A model generated the notes under the pieces. The model did not search any database. It was given only the letters and a program-made list of their open reading frames with translations, and was not told the DNA's origin. From Oopsacas minuta (Eukaryota > Animalia > Porifera): a DNA stretch of 64,000 nucleotides. Of this stretch, positions 1 through 10,351 are shown piece after piece. Both the position numbers and the translations under genes were made by a program. The DNA lies in the NCBI GenBank assembly GCA_024704765.1, contig JAKMXF010000362.1, positions 74,149 to 138,148 on the forward strand. The letters are read 5' to 3'. Each line of letters opens with the position of its first letter. The first letter of the stretch is position 1.

Positions 1-2894
1 CCTACATAGTACAAGAATCTACTGCTACAGACTGCGGTACCGTTGCACCAGATAATACAGTATTGATATTAAACTCTCGTACATATCATACTCCAGGAAA
101 TCAAATACGACCTTTTGCTATTCCTGGTTGGGATATTATTGATAAAGATAATATTAGTTATGTGGTTATTGGCAATGTTATCCCATTTGGATGGGAATTG
201 CTTGATAATCCTGGGGATTGCAGTCCTCATTACAGTGCATGCCCAAAGGGTCCTATATCACCAGATCCTTTAGAAATGAACTGGTTAGTCACTAGGTATT
301 ACGTAACAGAAGCTTCTAACATCGTATTGAGAATACGCTGTACTTCTGTTATAGAACCTATCATAGATTGCCGTACTGCTATCACAGCTCATTACTATGA
401 GTCAAACCAGAACCTGACAAATGTCAGTTCTCTATTGGACCAATTTAAACCTACTCAGCTGTCTATCAATAATTTAACAAATGATGGTTACATGTACTTC
501 TCATTCTCTAAGACACAATCTGGATTCTTCATAGGATTCTTAAACAAAATTCCTTGTGTAAATGTAGAAAGTTTCTATTTCTATTATTTTGAGTGTCCAG
601 CTGTTACAACAGCAAAATACTCTATCAATGCTACTCTTGCGCCTAGCTTAACTAATCAGCCTCTAGTAATACCTCACACTCCCACTTCCACTTGTCCTGA
701 CAGATCCCAGCCTGTAGCAACACCTGTATCATTTCAATGCTATGCTAACGGGACCTGGATTTTACCTGAGGATCTGTGTGTATGTGTAGCAGGAGCAGAG
801 TATGTTAACATGTCATGTTCTTATTGTTCTCTCAATAGCTACAAGATAGAATCAGGTGATCATTTGTGTACTGACTGTCCATTGAATAGCAGTACTGGTG
901 GTAACACATCAGCTACTGAGTGTATCTGTGACGTAGGTTGGTATAGAGGTGTTGGCGAGGGTGTTATGCTATCCTGCGGTATGAGTCCCTCCGCTGTACG
1001 GAATCTACGGATTAATAGAACTGAGTCTGAACTTGTAGCTGAGTGGGATGTACCTACCAATTTTGGGAATAGAAAAAAAATTTCATACCGTATGGATTTA
1101 TATGAAACTATTACAGGTAATATCGTTATAACAGAATTCGTTTTTCCAGAGACTGAGTACGATCTTGTCAGTATGGTTAGTGGTAGCACTGAGTATAGGA
1201 TTATGGTGACGTCACAGAATTCTATTAGCGCTGTATCAAATGTATACAACAGTGTATCTCTAACTTTTCTATCTTCTTTCCCTACACAATCTACGCTAAC
1301 ATATTCAGATAACAATCTTACCTGGACATACACACTATATGCTGTATCCGAGTATCAGTTTAAGCTCAGCTATAACCAGATGGTAACAGGTAATATAGTT
1401 GTATTGAATGTTAACTCATCTACTTGTCAGGATATGGGAGACTCTGTCAGGATATGTCAGATTCTAATTTCTGATTTAAATATCTCTACTGAGGTTATGC
1501 TATCATTATTGAACTCATCAGGTCCAAATTCTGATATCATATCCCAATCATTTACGGTGGTATTACCTACATTACCTATACCAGCAGCATTCGATATAAT
1601 GGAGATCATATACTACTTCGTTATTCCTATTGCTGGGTGTCTCGTTATCACTCTATTGCTGTTGATATTAATATCTTGCTGTGTGATATGCTGCTGTAGA
1701 CGTAGTAGAAATTATTCAATTAAACCTAAAGACAATGAGATGATTCCTCTCCAGTCACAACTCTATCAAGATCCTAGTCTATACGAAGATCTCAATAAGG
1801 CTGTCAGGGCCCTGGCTAAGGAAATACACCCAGATGAAATAGAGAAGGAATCTATTATTGGGGTAGGAGAATTTGGTGATGTCTGGAAAGGTTATCTTAC
1901 TCGTAACAACCAGAAAATGCCTGTTGCTCTTAAGATCTTAAAACCTGCATCTACTGAGAAGAGTAAAGATGATTTCTTTAAAGAGGCATCAGTCATGGGA
2001 CAGTTCAGCCATCCTAACGTTATTTTCTTGTACGGAGTTACACTTAAGAAACCGATAATGATAGTAACTCCATTCATGGAGAATGGATCTCTTGACAATT
2101 ATTTGGTAACTAATATGAATAACATTCCATTCAAAGAGCTGGTTGCTATATGCTACGGGGTGTCACGGGGTATGGTTTATCTGTCTCTACTTGGCTATGT
2201 ACACAGAGATTTAGCTGCTAGGAATATTCTCGTAGACACGGATTTAACTCCTAAAATTACAGATTTCGGTTTGTCCCGAGAGACTGAGGAGAACTACTAT
2301 CGGGTACAGACAGGTGGTAAGATCCCGGTCCGTTGGACAGCTCCAGAAGCTATTCTCTACAGGAAGTTTAATACAACAAGTGATATGTGGAGCTTCGGGG
2401 TGCTCATGTGGGAGGTGATGTCATTTGGACAAGTCCCCTACGGAGATACAGAAAACTTAACTATCATGGAGGAGCTACAGAAAGGATACCGTCTGCCAGT
2501 TCCTGACCGCTGTCCTTCTGTCATATACAACTTAATGCTTAACTGCTGGAATGATAATCCTAATCATAGACCTAGCTTTACAAACATACAACAGTCTCTG
2601 CTTCAGATAATAGAGGCTAATAAAACTCGTCCTAATTCTGCTATAGTTAAACTTAATACACAGAATCCGCTTAATCATACCACGCTAGACTCATGGCTAA
2701 CTTCTCTAAAGCTAGAGAAATATGCTCTCAATTTCCGTGAGAATGGATACTCACAGATTTCCTCTGCCTGGCATATGTCTGATGCTGAGCTATTCAAGAT
2801 AGGCATTATCCCAGCTGGACACAGGAATAAGATAATGTCGAGCATTCACAGGGCTAATAGTCAGCTCTGCTTTACATATTCTGTTCCTCTATAG
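1..2894 (+). CDS. EPH: Eph receptor tyrosine kinase (ligand-binding domain, Cys-rich region, FN3, TM, kinase, SAM); 5'-partial
   Basis: The frame is open from base 3 (YIVQESTATDCGTV...), so the gene starts upstream of the window. Cys-rich CxxC sushi/EGF-like region, FN3 (PSAVRNLR...WDVP), TM (IIYYFVIPIAG...LLLIL), Eph juxtamembrane YQDPSLYED, kinase GxGEFG / VALK / HRDLAARN / DFG / KIPVRWTAPE, C-terminal SAM (LDSWLTSLKLEKY). Confidence 0.93.
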   Translation, partial: YIVQESTATDCGTVAPDNTVLILNSRTYHTPGNQIRPFAIPGWDIIDKDNISYVVIGNVIPFGWELLDNPGDCSPHYSACPKGPISPDPLEMNWLVTRYYVTEASNIVLRIRCTSVIEPIIDCRTAITAHYYESNQNLTNVSSLLDQFKPTQLSINNLTNDGYMYFSFSKTQSGFFIGFLNKIPCVNVESFYFYYFECPAVTTAKYSINATLAPSLTNQPLVIPHTPTSTCPDRSQPVATPVSFQCYANGTWILPEDLCVCVAGAEYVNMSCSYCSLNSYKIESGDHLCTDCPLNSSTGGNTSATECICDVGWYRGVGEGVMLSCGMSPSAVRNLRINRTESELVAEWDVPTNFGNRKKISYRMDLYETITGNIVITEFVFPETEYDLVSMVSGSTEYRIMVTSQNSISAVSNVYNSVSLTFLSSFPTQSTLTYSDNNLTWTYTLYAVSEYQFKLSYNQMVTGNIVVLNVNSSTCQDMGDSVRICQILISDLNISTEVMLSLLNSSGPNSDIISQSFTVVLPTLPIPAAFDIMEIIYYFVIPIAGCLVITLLLLILISCCVICCCRRSRNYSIKPKDNEMIPLQSQLYQDPSLYEDLNKAVRALAKEIHPDEIEKESIIGVGEFGDVWKGYLTRNNQKMPVALKILKPASTEKSKDDFFKEASVMGQFSHPNVIFLYGVTLKKPIMIVTPFMENGSLDNYLVTNMNNIPFKELVAICYGVSRGMVYLSLLGYVHRDLAARNILVDTDLTPKITDFGLSRETEENYYRVQTGGKIPVRWTAPEAILYRKFNTTSDMWSFGVLMWEVMSFGQVPYGDTENLTIMEELQKGYRLPVPDRCPSVIYNLMLNCWNDNPNHRPSFTNIQQSLLQIIEANKTRPNSAIVKLNTQNPLNHTTLDSWLTSLKLEKYALNFRENGYSQISSAWHMSDAELFKIGIIPAGHRNKIMSSIHRANSQLCFTYSVPL

Positions 2895-3445
2895 TTGTGT
2901 GTATTTGTTTTAGAAACTAAGTTAATATTGAACTTTTGAATATTTTTACTGTATATATTTGTTAATGCTGTTTTATCTTGTGAATACATAAACTGTTATG
3001 CTTCTTGCTTCTAATATGCTATCTAATCAATTTGCAGGGAATGATCCAGTGGATTGGATGTCTAACCAGTAACCACCCTATTTTAGGCCTAGCTATGGTA
3101 AAAATATGCTACTTGGAAAATTACTGGCGAAATGGGATCAGACCCATTACCAATAGAATGGAAATGCTATGTAACTACGTATATTTAGCTCATTCATAGC
3201 AAAGTAATATTGTTTAATGGGAAACAGAGTTTGACTTTTATTTGGATTAAATCAATTGAAACTTTACATCTGTCCCTCTCCATTTGAGTTTATTTTATAA
3301 TGAATCACAGAGGTTTGTTGAGTTTTTTGGTTTTTAGATAGCTGTAGCATGATTGATTGGCCAATATTCCAGACATGGAGTTTGTATTATGTGTAATAAA
3401 ATTCCCTAATTTTTATTACATAGTTGTGAAGTAATTGTACGTATA

Positions 3446-3608
3446 GGGGTCGTTCAAACGGTACAGAACGCAAGTTTCCATAAATTTTACCCCCTCCCCT
3501 CCTGCGTTCCGTTTTTGACCAATTTGTAACACAATAAGAATAGGGACGTCACACTTTGCATATCACCCTCCTCCCCTTGGTAGTGTTACGTAATGTTTGA
3601 ACAGCCCC
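3446..3608. mobile_element. MITE with imperfect GGGG..GTTCAAAC terminal inverted repeats (superfamily uncertain)
   Basis: Left end GGGGTCGTTCAAAC; right end GTTTGAACAGCCCC. Flanks are ATA and TTA. Confidence 0.5.
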
Positions 3609-3785
3609 TTACAGTAGAACATCATTATAACGAAGTCAGGTAACACGTAACTATGAATAATAAGCATTTAGTGTATATGATAACAATCTTATTATGCTCC
3701 AATATTATTCATATATAGTAAACAGGCACTGAGCTCCGAATAAGGAGTATGAATTTCTACGGTTTCGTATTTCTCTTTCCATGTA

Positions 3786-5865
3786 CAGTCAAACCTCCAA
3801 TAGTGAACACCTCTCATTAGTGAACACCTCCAAATAGTGAACACTATATTCTGGTCCCAAATATTTCCCTATCAAATAATATTTATAAGAACCTCTCTTT
3901 AATGAACACCTCTATACTGTGAATAGTGAACACCTTATTTGAACATTTCATAAGTAAGATCTCAATTAGAATGAACCTCCAATTAGTGAACATGGGTCAG
4001 GTTTCTGAATACAAAATAAACAGTGTTATATGAAAAGCGTGAAAAGATAATGTCACATATGCATATACTACTAATAAGTTATCAATTGCCAACGTATAAC
4101 GTACTAATACGTAGTTTAGAATTACTCTACCAACTCAGGTTATTTTAGCCATCTATCCGTGATGTCACTAAAAAGGAAAAATCTTACAATATCCGAAAAG
4201 CTCAATGTAATAGAATTTGCCTCAACGCACAGCCAGCGTGATGTAGCTGATCGATTTGGTATATCTGTGGGAGCCGTAAATAACATTCTTAAGAAGAAAC
4301 AGGAAATCCAAATGGCTTGCGAAGAAAACTGTAACCCACAAATGAAGCGAGTTAGATTGTCTAGTCATTGTGAAGTTAATGATCTTATTTGGCAGTGGTT
4401 TGTAACAGCTAGATCAAAGAATATACCAATTTCAGGACCTATCTTACAAGCAAAGGGCATAGATTTTGCCGAACAACTAGGTATACCATTCAAAGCCTCT
4501 AATGGCTGGTTGGAAAAGTTCAGGTCAAGGTACAATATAGCATTCAAGACACTATGCGGTGAAAGTGCCAGTGTTGATTCGGGGACTGTTGATACATGGA
4601 AGCAACAATTACATACGATAATAGGTGGTTACAGCCCTGAAGATATTTTCAATTGTGATGAAACAGGTCTCTACTATAAGGTTTTGCCAACTAAGTCTCT
4701 TGTAGAGAAAAACAAAATTTGCAACGGAACAAAGACGTCAAAGGATAGGTTGACAATTCTTTTGTGTGCGAATATGTCGGGTACGGAAAAATTGAAACTA
4801 TTGATGATAGGGAAAAGTCAGAATCCTAGGTGCTTCAAACACATGGACTTTAGTCAAATGCCGGTGCAATGGAAAGCAAACAAAAAGGCTTGGATGGATA
4901 GTAGTATATTTGGAGAATGGTTGAAGGATATCAACAATAAAATGAAGCGACAAAAGAGAAAGATTCTTGTATTCATTGATAATGCTACAAGTCATCCTCA
5001 TTCAGTATTTAGTAATATTGAGTTAAAGTTTTTTCCTGCAAATTGTACATCCCAATTACAGCCAATGGATCAAGGAATTATACAGTCTATGAAACTTTCT
5101 TATAGGAAGATCCTCTTAATGGATGTACTAAGCAGAGTTGAATCTTGTGATTCTGGGCAAGGACTAATTAAATCGATCACAGTTAAGCATGCGTTGTATT
5201 GGGCAGCCCAAGCTTGGGAAAATGTCAAATCTGAAACTATTCAGAAATGTTTCGCAGATGCTGGATTTGGTTTCTATGAACACGCAAATCTTGACCATGA
5301 AGAAAATATCCAAAATATGATTGATGATTTGTCTTCCAGTCTTGGAATCGAATGTTGTTCAGGAATTAACTTCATGAATATCGATGAAGAGGAACAATTA
5401 CTGCATGCATATACTGATGATGATTGGGAAACACAGCTAATAGAAAATTATTTATCACCAGCAGACAATGAAACATTAGAATTGGATGAAGAAAGCGACT
5501 CAGATATTCCAATCTCAAAAGCTCCAACAGTAAAAGAAGTACTGTATTCATTGGATGTAATAAAGACATTCAGCAATAACGACAGTAAGGTGTTTGGAGC
5601 TGTAATGAAAGCTGAATCAGCAATCAAAGAGCTAATATCAGAAGGAACATGTCAAAGGCAGTCAAAACTTACTGATTATTTGGAGAAAATTAATTAATAG
5701 CTAAAAACACATTAACATTGCATACTTAAATCATAATACATTTCATATAGCTTATTAAAATTTCATTGTTATACTATTTCAATGTAACCTCTCATTAATG
5801 AACACCTCGCTATAATGAACAAAAAAATCTGTCCCGAGGGTGTTCACTATGGAGAGGTTTGACTG
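3786..5865 (+). mobile_element. pogo/Tigger-family DNA transposon, full length
   Basis: Left TIR CAGTCAAACCTCCAATAGTGAACACC. The right end reverse-complements to CAGTCAAACCTCTCCATAGTGAACACC. TA target-site duplication at 3784-3785 and 5866-5867. Multiple subterminal (T)GAACACCTC repeats. Confidence 0.93.
4159..5697 (+). CDS. pogo/Tigger transposase (CENP-B-type HTH + DDE_1 domain)
   Basis: N-terminal HTH (LTISEKLNVI), ASNGWLEKFRSRY, DETG, KDRLTILLCAN, IDNA...QPMDQG giving DD29D spacing. The ORF is uninterrupted and lies between the TIRs. Confidence 0.93.
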   Translation: MMSLKRKNLTISEKLNVIEFASTHSQRDVADRFGISVGAVNNILKKKQEIQMACEENCNPQMKRVRLSSHCEVNDLIWQWFVTARSKNIPISGPILQAKGIDFAEQLGIPFKASNGWLEKFRSRYNIAFKTLCGESASVDSGTVDTWKQQLHTIIGGYSPEDIFNCDETGLYYKVLPTKSLVEKNKICNGTKTSKDRLTILLCANMSGTEKLKLLMIGKSQNPRCFKHMDFSQMPVQWKANKKAWMDSSIFGEWLKDINNKMKRQKRKILVFIDNATSHPHSVFSNIELKFFPANCTSQLQPMDQGIIQSMKLSYRKILLMDVLSRVESCDSGQGLIKSITVKHALYWAAQAWENVKSETIQKCFADAGFGFYEHANLDHEENIQNMIDDLSSSLGIECCSGINFMNIDEEEQLLHAYTDDDWETQLIENYLSPADNETLELDEESDSDIPISKAPTVKEVLYSLDVIKTFSNNDSKVFGAVMKAESAIKELISEGTCQRQSKLTDYLEKIN

Positions 5866-6925
5866 TATACGAAATCTTAGAATTATCCTACATCTTAATA
5901 TTGTAGAAATTACATGCAATTTCTATATTAAAGCTAAGCATATTTTAATCAGGATTAACCGGGTTATGTTGTAACACGATCAAATTTATATATTATCCGA
6001 ATTCATCCGAATTGCATTTAATATTCCTATATATCAATAACAGGTAGAACCAACAGGTTAATTGTAATCTGATGTACGTACTGTAATATATTTTAATTAT
6101 AATTCAATTGTATATCTGTAATTACCTTGACCGCTACACCCATTGAGAATAAGTTATATATTTCTGGGGCGTAACTAGAGATCCCAGAGCGAGGAGGCAA
6201 AGATGGTTTTCTTCAATATAATGGTGATTACAATAGGGAGATGAGGCAACGCCCTGAACTTCCTCTGCCTCAATGGTAGTTACGCCTTAGTATTTATTTA
6301 TGCATTCTTGTCAACCGTCCAGAATTTCCTATACAGTCCACCGATTTGCTAGTCTAGGGTTCCATGGATTCATCAAACTTGTCCAGGGATTTACAATGCA
6401 TTGATTAATAATTATTGAATGAGCTCTACGCTCTAGGTCCCAAATACACCAGAATTTTTGTGCGTTTAGGGAGTAGCAGGACTAGCAACTTTTCATCTAG
6501 AATATTATAAACGTATAGTATTATACTTTATTAATTTATTATAATTTTAATTTCGAAGCGATTTAAGCCAAACATTTTGATTCATAAGTAGCACAGTAAA
6601 TTGAGTTGACAAAGGTTAACAAGTATATTATGGTCAGTAATATATTTTCTACATACTACATACACAGTATATCATATCTGTACAGCGTGAATATCTGATT
6701 CAGCATATGCGAATTACAGTAGAATCCCGTTTTTATGAACACCAACGGACGTTCAAATTTTGTTCGGTTTATTCGATTTCATATTACCGACCGTGTACTG
6801 TATTTAATTTGATTTAATAGAATGTATTATCAGTCCCTAATGGTATTATTCATACAAATACTACTTTCCAAACAGGACAAGTCATGTGTCCTTTACTTTT
6901 GAATATAATTCTGAACATTTCTTGC

Positions 6926-8056
6926 CTACAAGAGTGATTCTCTTAGAGAATAACAGTATGCAGTACGTCTCTCTTCGATCTTTGTCTTGACAATGAGTGT
7001 AATTGTCATTATGATATAAGGCCCTGCAAACATTAATGTACCAGCTGTAATAAGAGTTTTCTCAATGATAGCAAATATCAGAAGGAAAATCTCAAAAGTG
7101 GGGAGTTGATCTTGTCTGAGCGGGGATTGATAATATACATTGTATAGATAGGGGAAGAGACACTGTCCGTAATAGAGGAATAGTCCTATTATGATTTCTA
7201 TAAACTCTATCACTTCTGCAAGGTAAAATAATAGAACTCCGATTGCAAGAGTAATTATTGAAAAGTTGAAATATTCGTTCTGTTTCTTATGTAACTTCAG
7301 TAATAGCAGCTCGTTGTTATGGTACAAATCCTGACTCCTCCATTTCAATACTCTACTGAAGAATTTCGCATGTTTACAAGTCTGTATGAATAGGGTAAGG
7401 AATATTATCAGTGCCAAGAGACGACCGAATACTATGAATTGTGGGATAACTCCTAATATGAATATTATAACCGAGAACACTACTGTGTATTTGATTGGAC
7501 GATATATCTTCTCGTATTTCCAAATCTTAGTGACGTATGTATTGGAAATGAATTTGAATAAACACACTACTACACCCAGTATTAGAATGCTATTAGTTCT
7601 AGCAAAACAAAGAAATATGAAAGTAGGTGGATATCTCAGTTCATGAACCCAGGCTCTCTTGCTGTAAACTATTGATATACAGGTGGAGTTATAAGGTAGA
7701 GATAAGTTTTTTAAGAAAGGAGAAATACTGGTCAACTCAGGGTAGAGAAATCCTAACCAGTAAGAAATGAATGAGATAAACTCTAGAGTAAGGAGAGTGA
7801 ATAGGAATTTTCCTTGTGTTATCCTATTCTCACATTCTATTAATTCTATTCTTGTATGCTGATCCTTCTGTTGTATATTCTTAATACGTCTCATTTTCTG
7901 GTAAGCTAACCTTATCTTCATTATAACATGGATACTCCATCCCACTTGTAATACAAGCCCGATACTCCCTGTAGTTATTAATAATGCCGCTTCTGTTATT
8001 GATACATACTCATTCAGCTGTTTAATAGCTTGTAAATACTTCAAGTTATCCTCCAT
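6926..8056 (-). CDS. Orphan multi-pass (about 7 TM) membrane protein
   Basis: 376-aa ORF with about seven hydrophobic segments and a loop carrying N-x-S/T sites and a Cys (NLSLPYNSTC). No family motif recognised. Confidence 0.7.
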   Translation of the reverse strand: MEDNLKYLQAIKQLNEYVSITEAALLITTGSIGLVLQVGWSIHVIMKIRLAYQKMRRIKNIQQKDQHTRIELIECENRITQGKFLFTLLTLEFISFISYWLGFLYPELTSISPFLKNLSLPYNSTCISIVYSKRAWVHELRYPPTFIFLCFARTNSILILGVVVCLFKFISNTYVTKIWKYEKIYRPIKYTVVFSVIIFILGVIPQFIVFGRLLALIIFLTLFIQTCKHAKFFSRVLKWRSQDLYHNNELLLLKLHKKQNEYFNFSIITLAIGVLLFYLAEVIEFIEIIIGLFLYYGQCLFPYLYNVYYQSPLRQDQLPTFEIFLLIFAIIEKTLITAGTLMFAGPYIIMTITLIVKTKIEERRTAYCYSLRESLL

Positions 8057-8768
8057 AAAATGGAAATTTCTGCATATTAATTATTAAATCTATTTTATAG
8101 TTGATTTCGTTGTTGGAATTCCAATTTATTGCTTATCTGATAAACTTTATCATACTTTCAATTTTATTTTACGAATTGATTTGTGATTTATTAGAAATAG
8201 AATGAAACCGCCGCCGTATACACAATAATAATATTATGTCATGTGTTATTCTAATATGATTTGTTTATAGGAAATTTATCGAGTAAGCTAGGTTGTTTGC
8301 TCTTTCAGTATTTACATTATATACTTAATTAAATGATGTATTCATATTCCTAAGAATTACTCGTTGTTTTGGTTATGTTACTTACTTCTTCGTGCTTTGA
8401 TTTACAATTAATTATTAAATATACAAATCAGGGATAAATACAAATAAAGGAATTTATAACTCCTTATTTGGTCATACTCGTGTATTTACCCTACCTGATT
8501 GTTTTCTACAGTTTTATTTATAAAGTAATTATGTTTTATAGATATACTCCTTCTAAATCAAATTTGGAAATATTTTCCTGATTTAGATCGGTCAAATGCA
8601 GTTTCAGGTTCGGGTCGCTACGGCTAGATTCCAACTCTTATCTAAATGAGATACTGAAGTAGCATTTGTGTGTGTGATGGTAGAATTTAGTAGGAAGATT
8701 ATACTAGCATTCTAAACGAATACTCGAATCTATTATATCATTTGTCGATAAGGTTTTTAGTGCAGCTC

Positions 8769-8845
8769 CTATAGAGATATGTCCTAATGGCATGGACGAC
8801 GGATCCGGACGTCCGTCCGCGCGGTCGTGCTAAATCTAACAGTCA
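8769..8845 (-). repeat. Dispersed repeat motif, reverse-oriented copy of the motif at 21781-21837 and about 23575-23650
   Basis: Its reverse complement (tagatttagcacgaccgcgcggacggacg...atctctatag) resembles gtagatttcgcatgaccgcgcccgcggacggacg...atctccctatag. Confidence 0.5.
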
Positions 8846-9775
8846 AATGAACATGAAAATTGGGATACATTTACATTTTGGGTCGGATATTTGCACCTCG
8901 GGTATAAATTTTTCTAAAGTGAATATTTCACACCTTTTTGGTGATTAATCATATTTTCACACCTTTCTATGTAAAATACGAAGCAAGCTAGGGATTAGGT
9001 TTCAACATGTTATCAGGAGTAATTGGGTGCATAGAGTCCGATTTTGACATTTTCAAATCTATATCTAAATGATCTATCATATGATTATCATATTTTCACA
9101 CCTTCTAAATCATGCTAGAGATCTCGTTTAACTGCTAGTAAGATAAAATATAATTCTAGTGAAATATGGTTAGTCAAATTAGAATCTACTTGCTCGATTG
9201 CCCCTTAGCTAGACGAAACTGATGCCTTATAATTATGTTTGAAGATCATTTAGAGGATCGATATGCTTGTAACTAGACTCAGTTCGTCTAGCGGTGTCGA
9301 ACAAGGGGTCGTTATTAGACTAAAAGATAATTATAATATATTAATGATCAGACAATGTTTATTGTGTAAAATAATGTTAAAAATAGTGAATATTTTATTG
9401 CATTTTTAGAGATATTCTGTATTATAATCATTTATAAATGTATCAACTTAAAACTGTGTTTGCATTTTTAAGCTCCTTAATAAGAGGTTCTATATTAGAC
9501 TCCACCAATTTCCTCTTTTGGATCACAGTGATGTTAGTTGTTAGATCGCCATTTCTAGTCTTGCAGCTGATAAATATTAATTAATTCAATTCTTCTCGAT
9601 CTGATATTATATTACGTCACTTCGTAATTGATTTTAATAAACCATATTTTGGTAATTTCATTGATTTAATCAGTAATTATGCGAAATCTAACAATAATCA
9701 AACAATTAATTCTGCCTTAGCCGCGCGTATAGTGATGGCCTGCTAGGCTGCTGTTACTCATATTCAGGATTATTA

Positions 9776-10351
9776 TTACATTATCCTGCAATGATTAATG
9801 TTAGCCTCCTTCTCCTTCTCTGCTAGGATGCAGTCCTTTCTAGCTGTGTGCAGATTAGATATGCATATGTTGTGTGGGTTCAGTACTTTGTCCATGTTAG
9901 TCCCTTCTTTCGCGCTTACCTCAATGAAATCTAGTCCCCTGTTTTTCGCGAAAGATTCCCCCTTACTTCTTGACACTTCTCGTCTTTCCTCCAGATCACA
10001 TTTTAAACCTATTATCAATTTCCTTTGTACATTAGAAACTTGCTTAAGCCAGAATTCCAATTCCAAGAAGCTCTTCATACTTGTAATATCATACAATAGA
10101 CATACAACATCAGCTGTAGAGGTGTATCCCTCATAAACATAGCGGAACTCTTGACTACACATCTTATCCCAAACCTGTATTTTAAAAGTTACTCCTTTCT
10201 CTTTTGTTACTTTCAGTCTGTAGTCCAGCCCGTATACCTTGCTAATGTATTCTGGAAATAGTCCCTCCGCGTATCTTCTTACAAAACTTGTCATCCCGAT
10301 ACCCCGCTCTCCGACAACAATAACTTTAAAATATTTGTTCTTCTCTGCCAT
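9776..10351 (-). CDS. Rab-like small GTPase with degenerate G motifs and a CaaX end
   Basis: FKVIVVGERGIGMTS (G1), IQVWDKMCSQE (G3), LYDIT..SF, IGLKCDLEERREV (G4), FIEVSAK (G5), C-terminal CRIM. Confidence 0.85.
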   Translation of the reverse strand: MAEKNKYFKVIVVGERGIGMTSFVRRYAEGLFPEYISKVYGLDYRLKVTKEKGVTFKIQVWDKMCSQEFRYVYEGYTSTADVVCLLYDITSMKSFLELEFWLKQVSNVQRKLIIGLKCDLEERREVSRSKGESFAKNRGLDFIEVSAKEGTNMDKVLNPHNICISNLHTARKDCILAEKEKEANINHCRIM

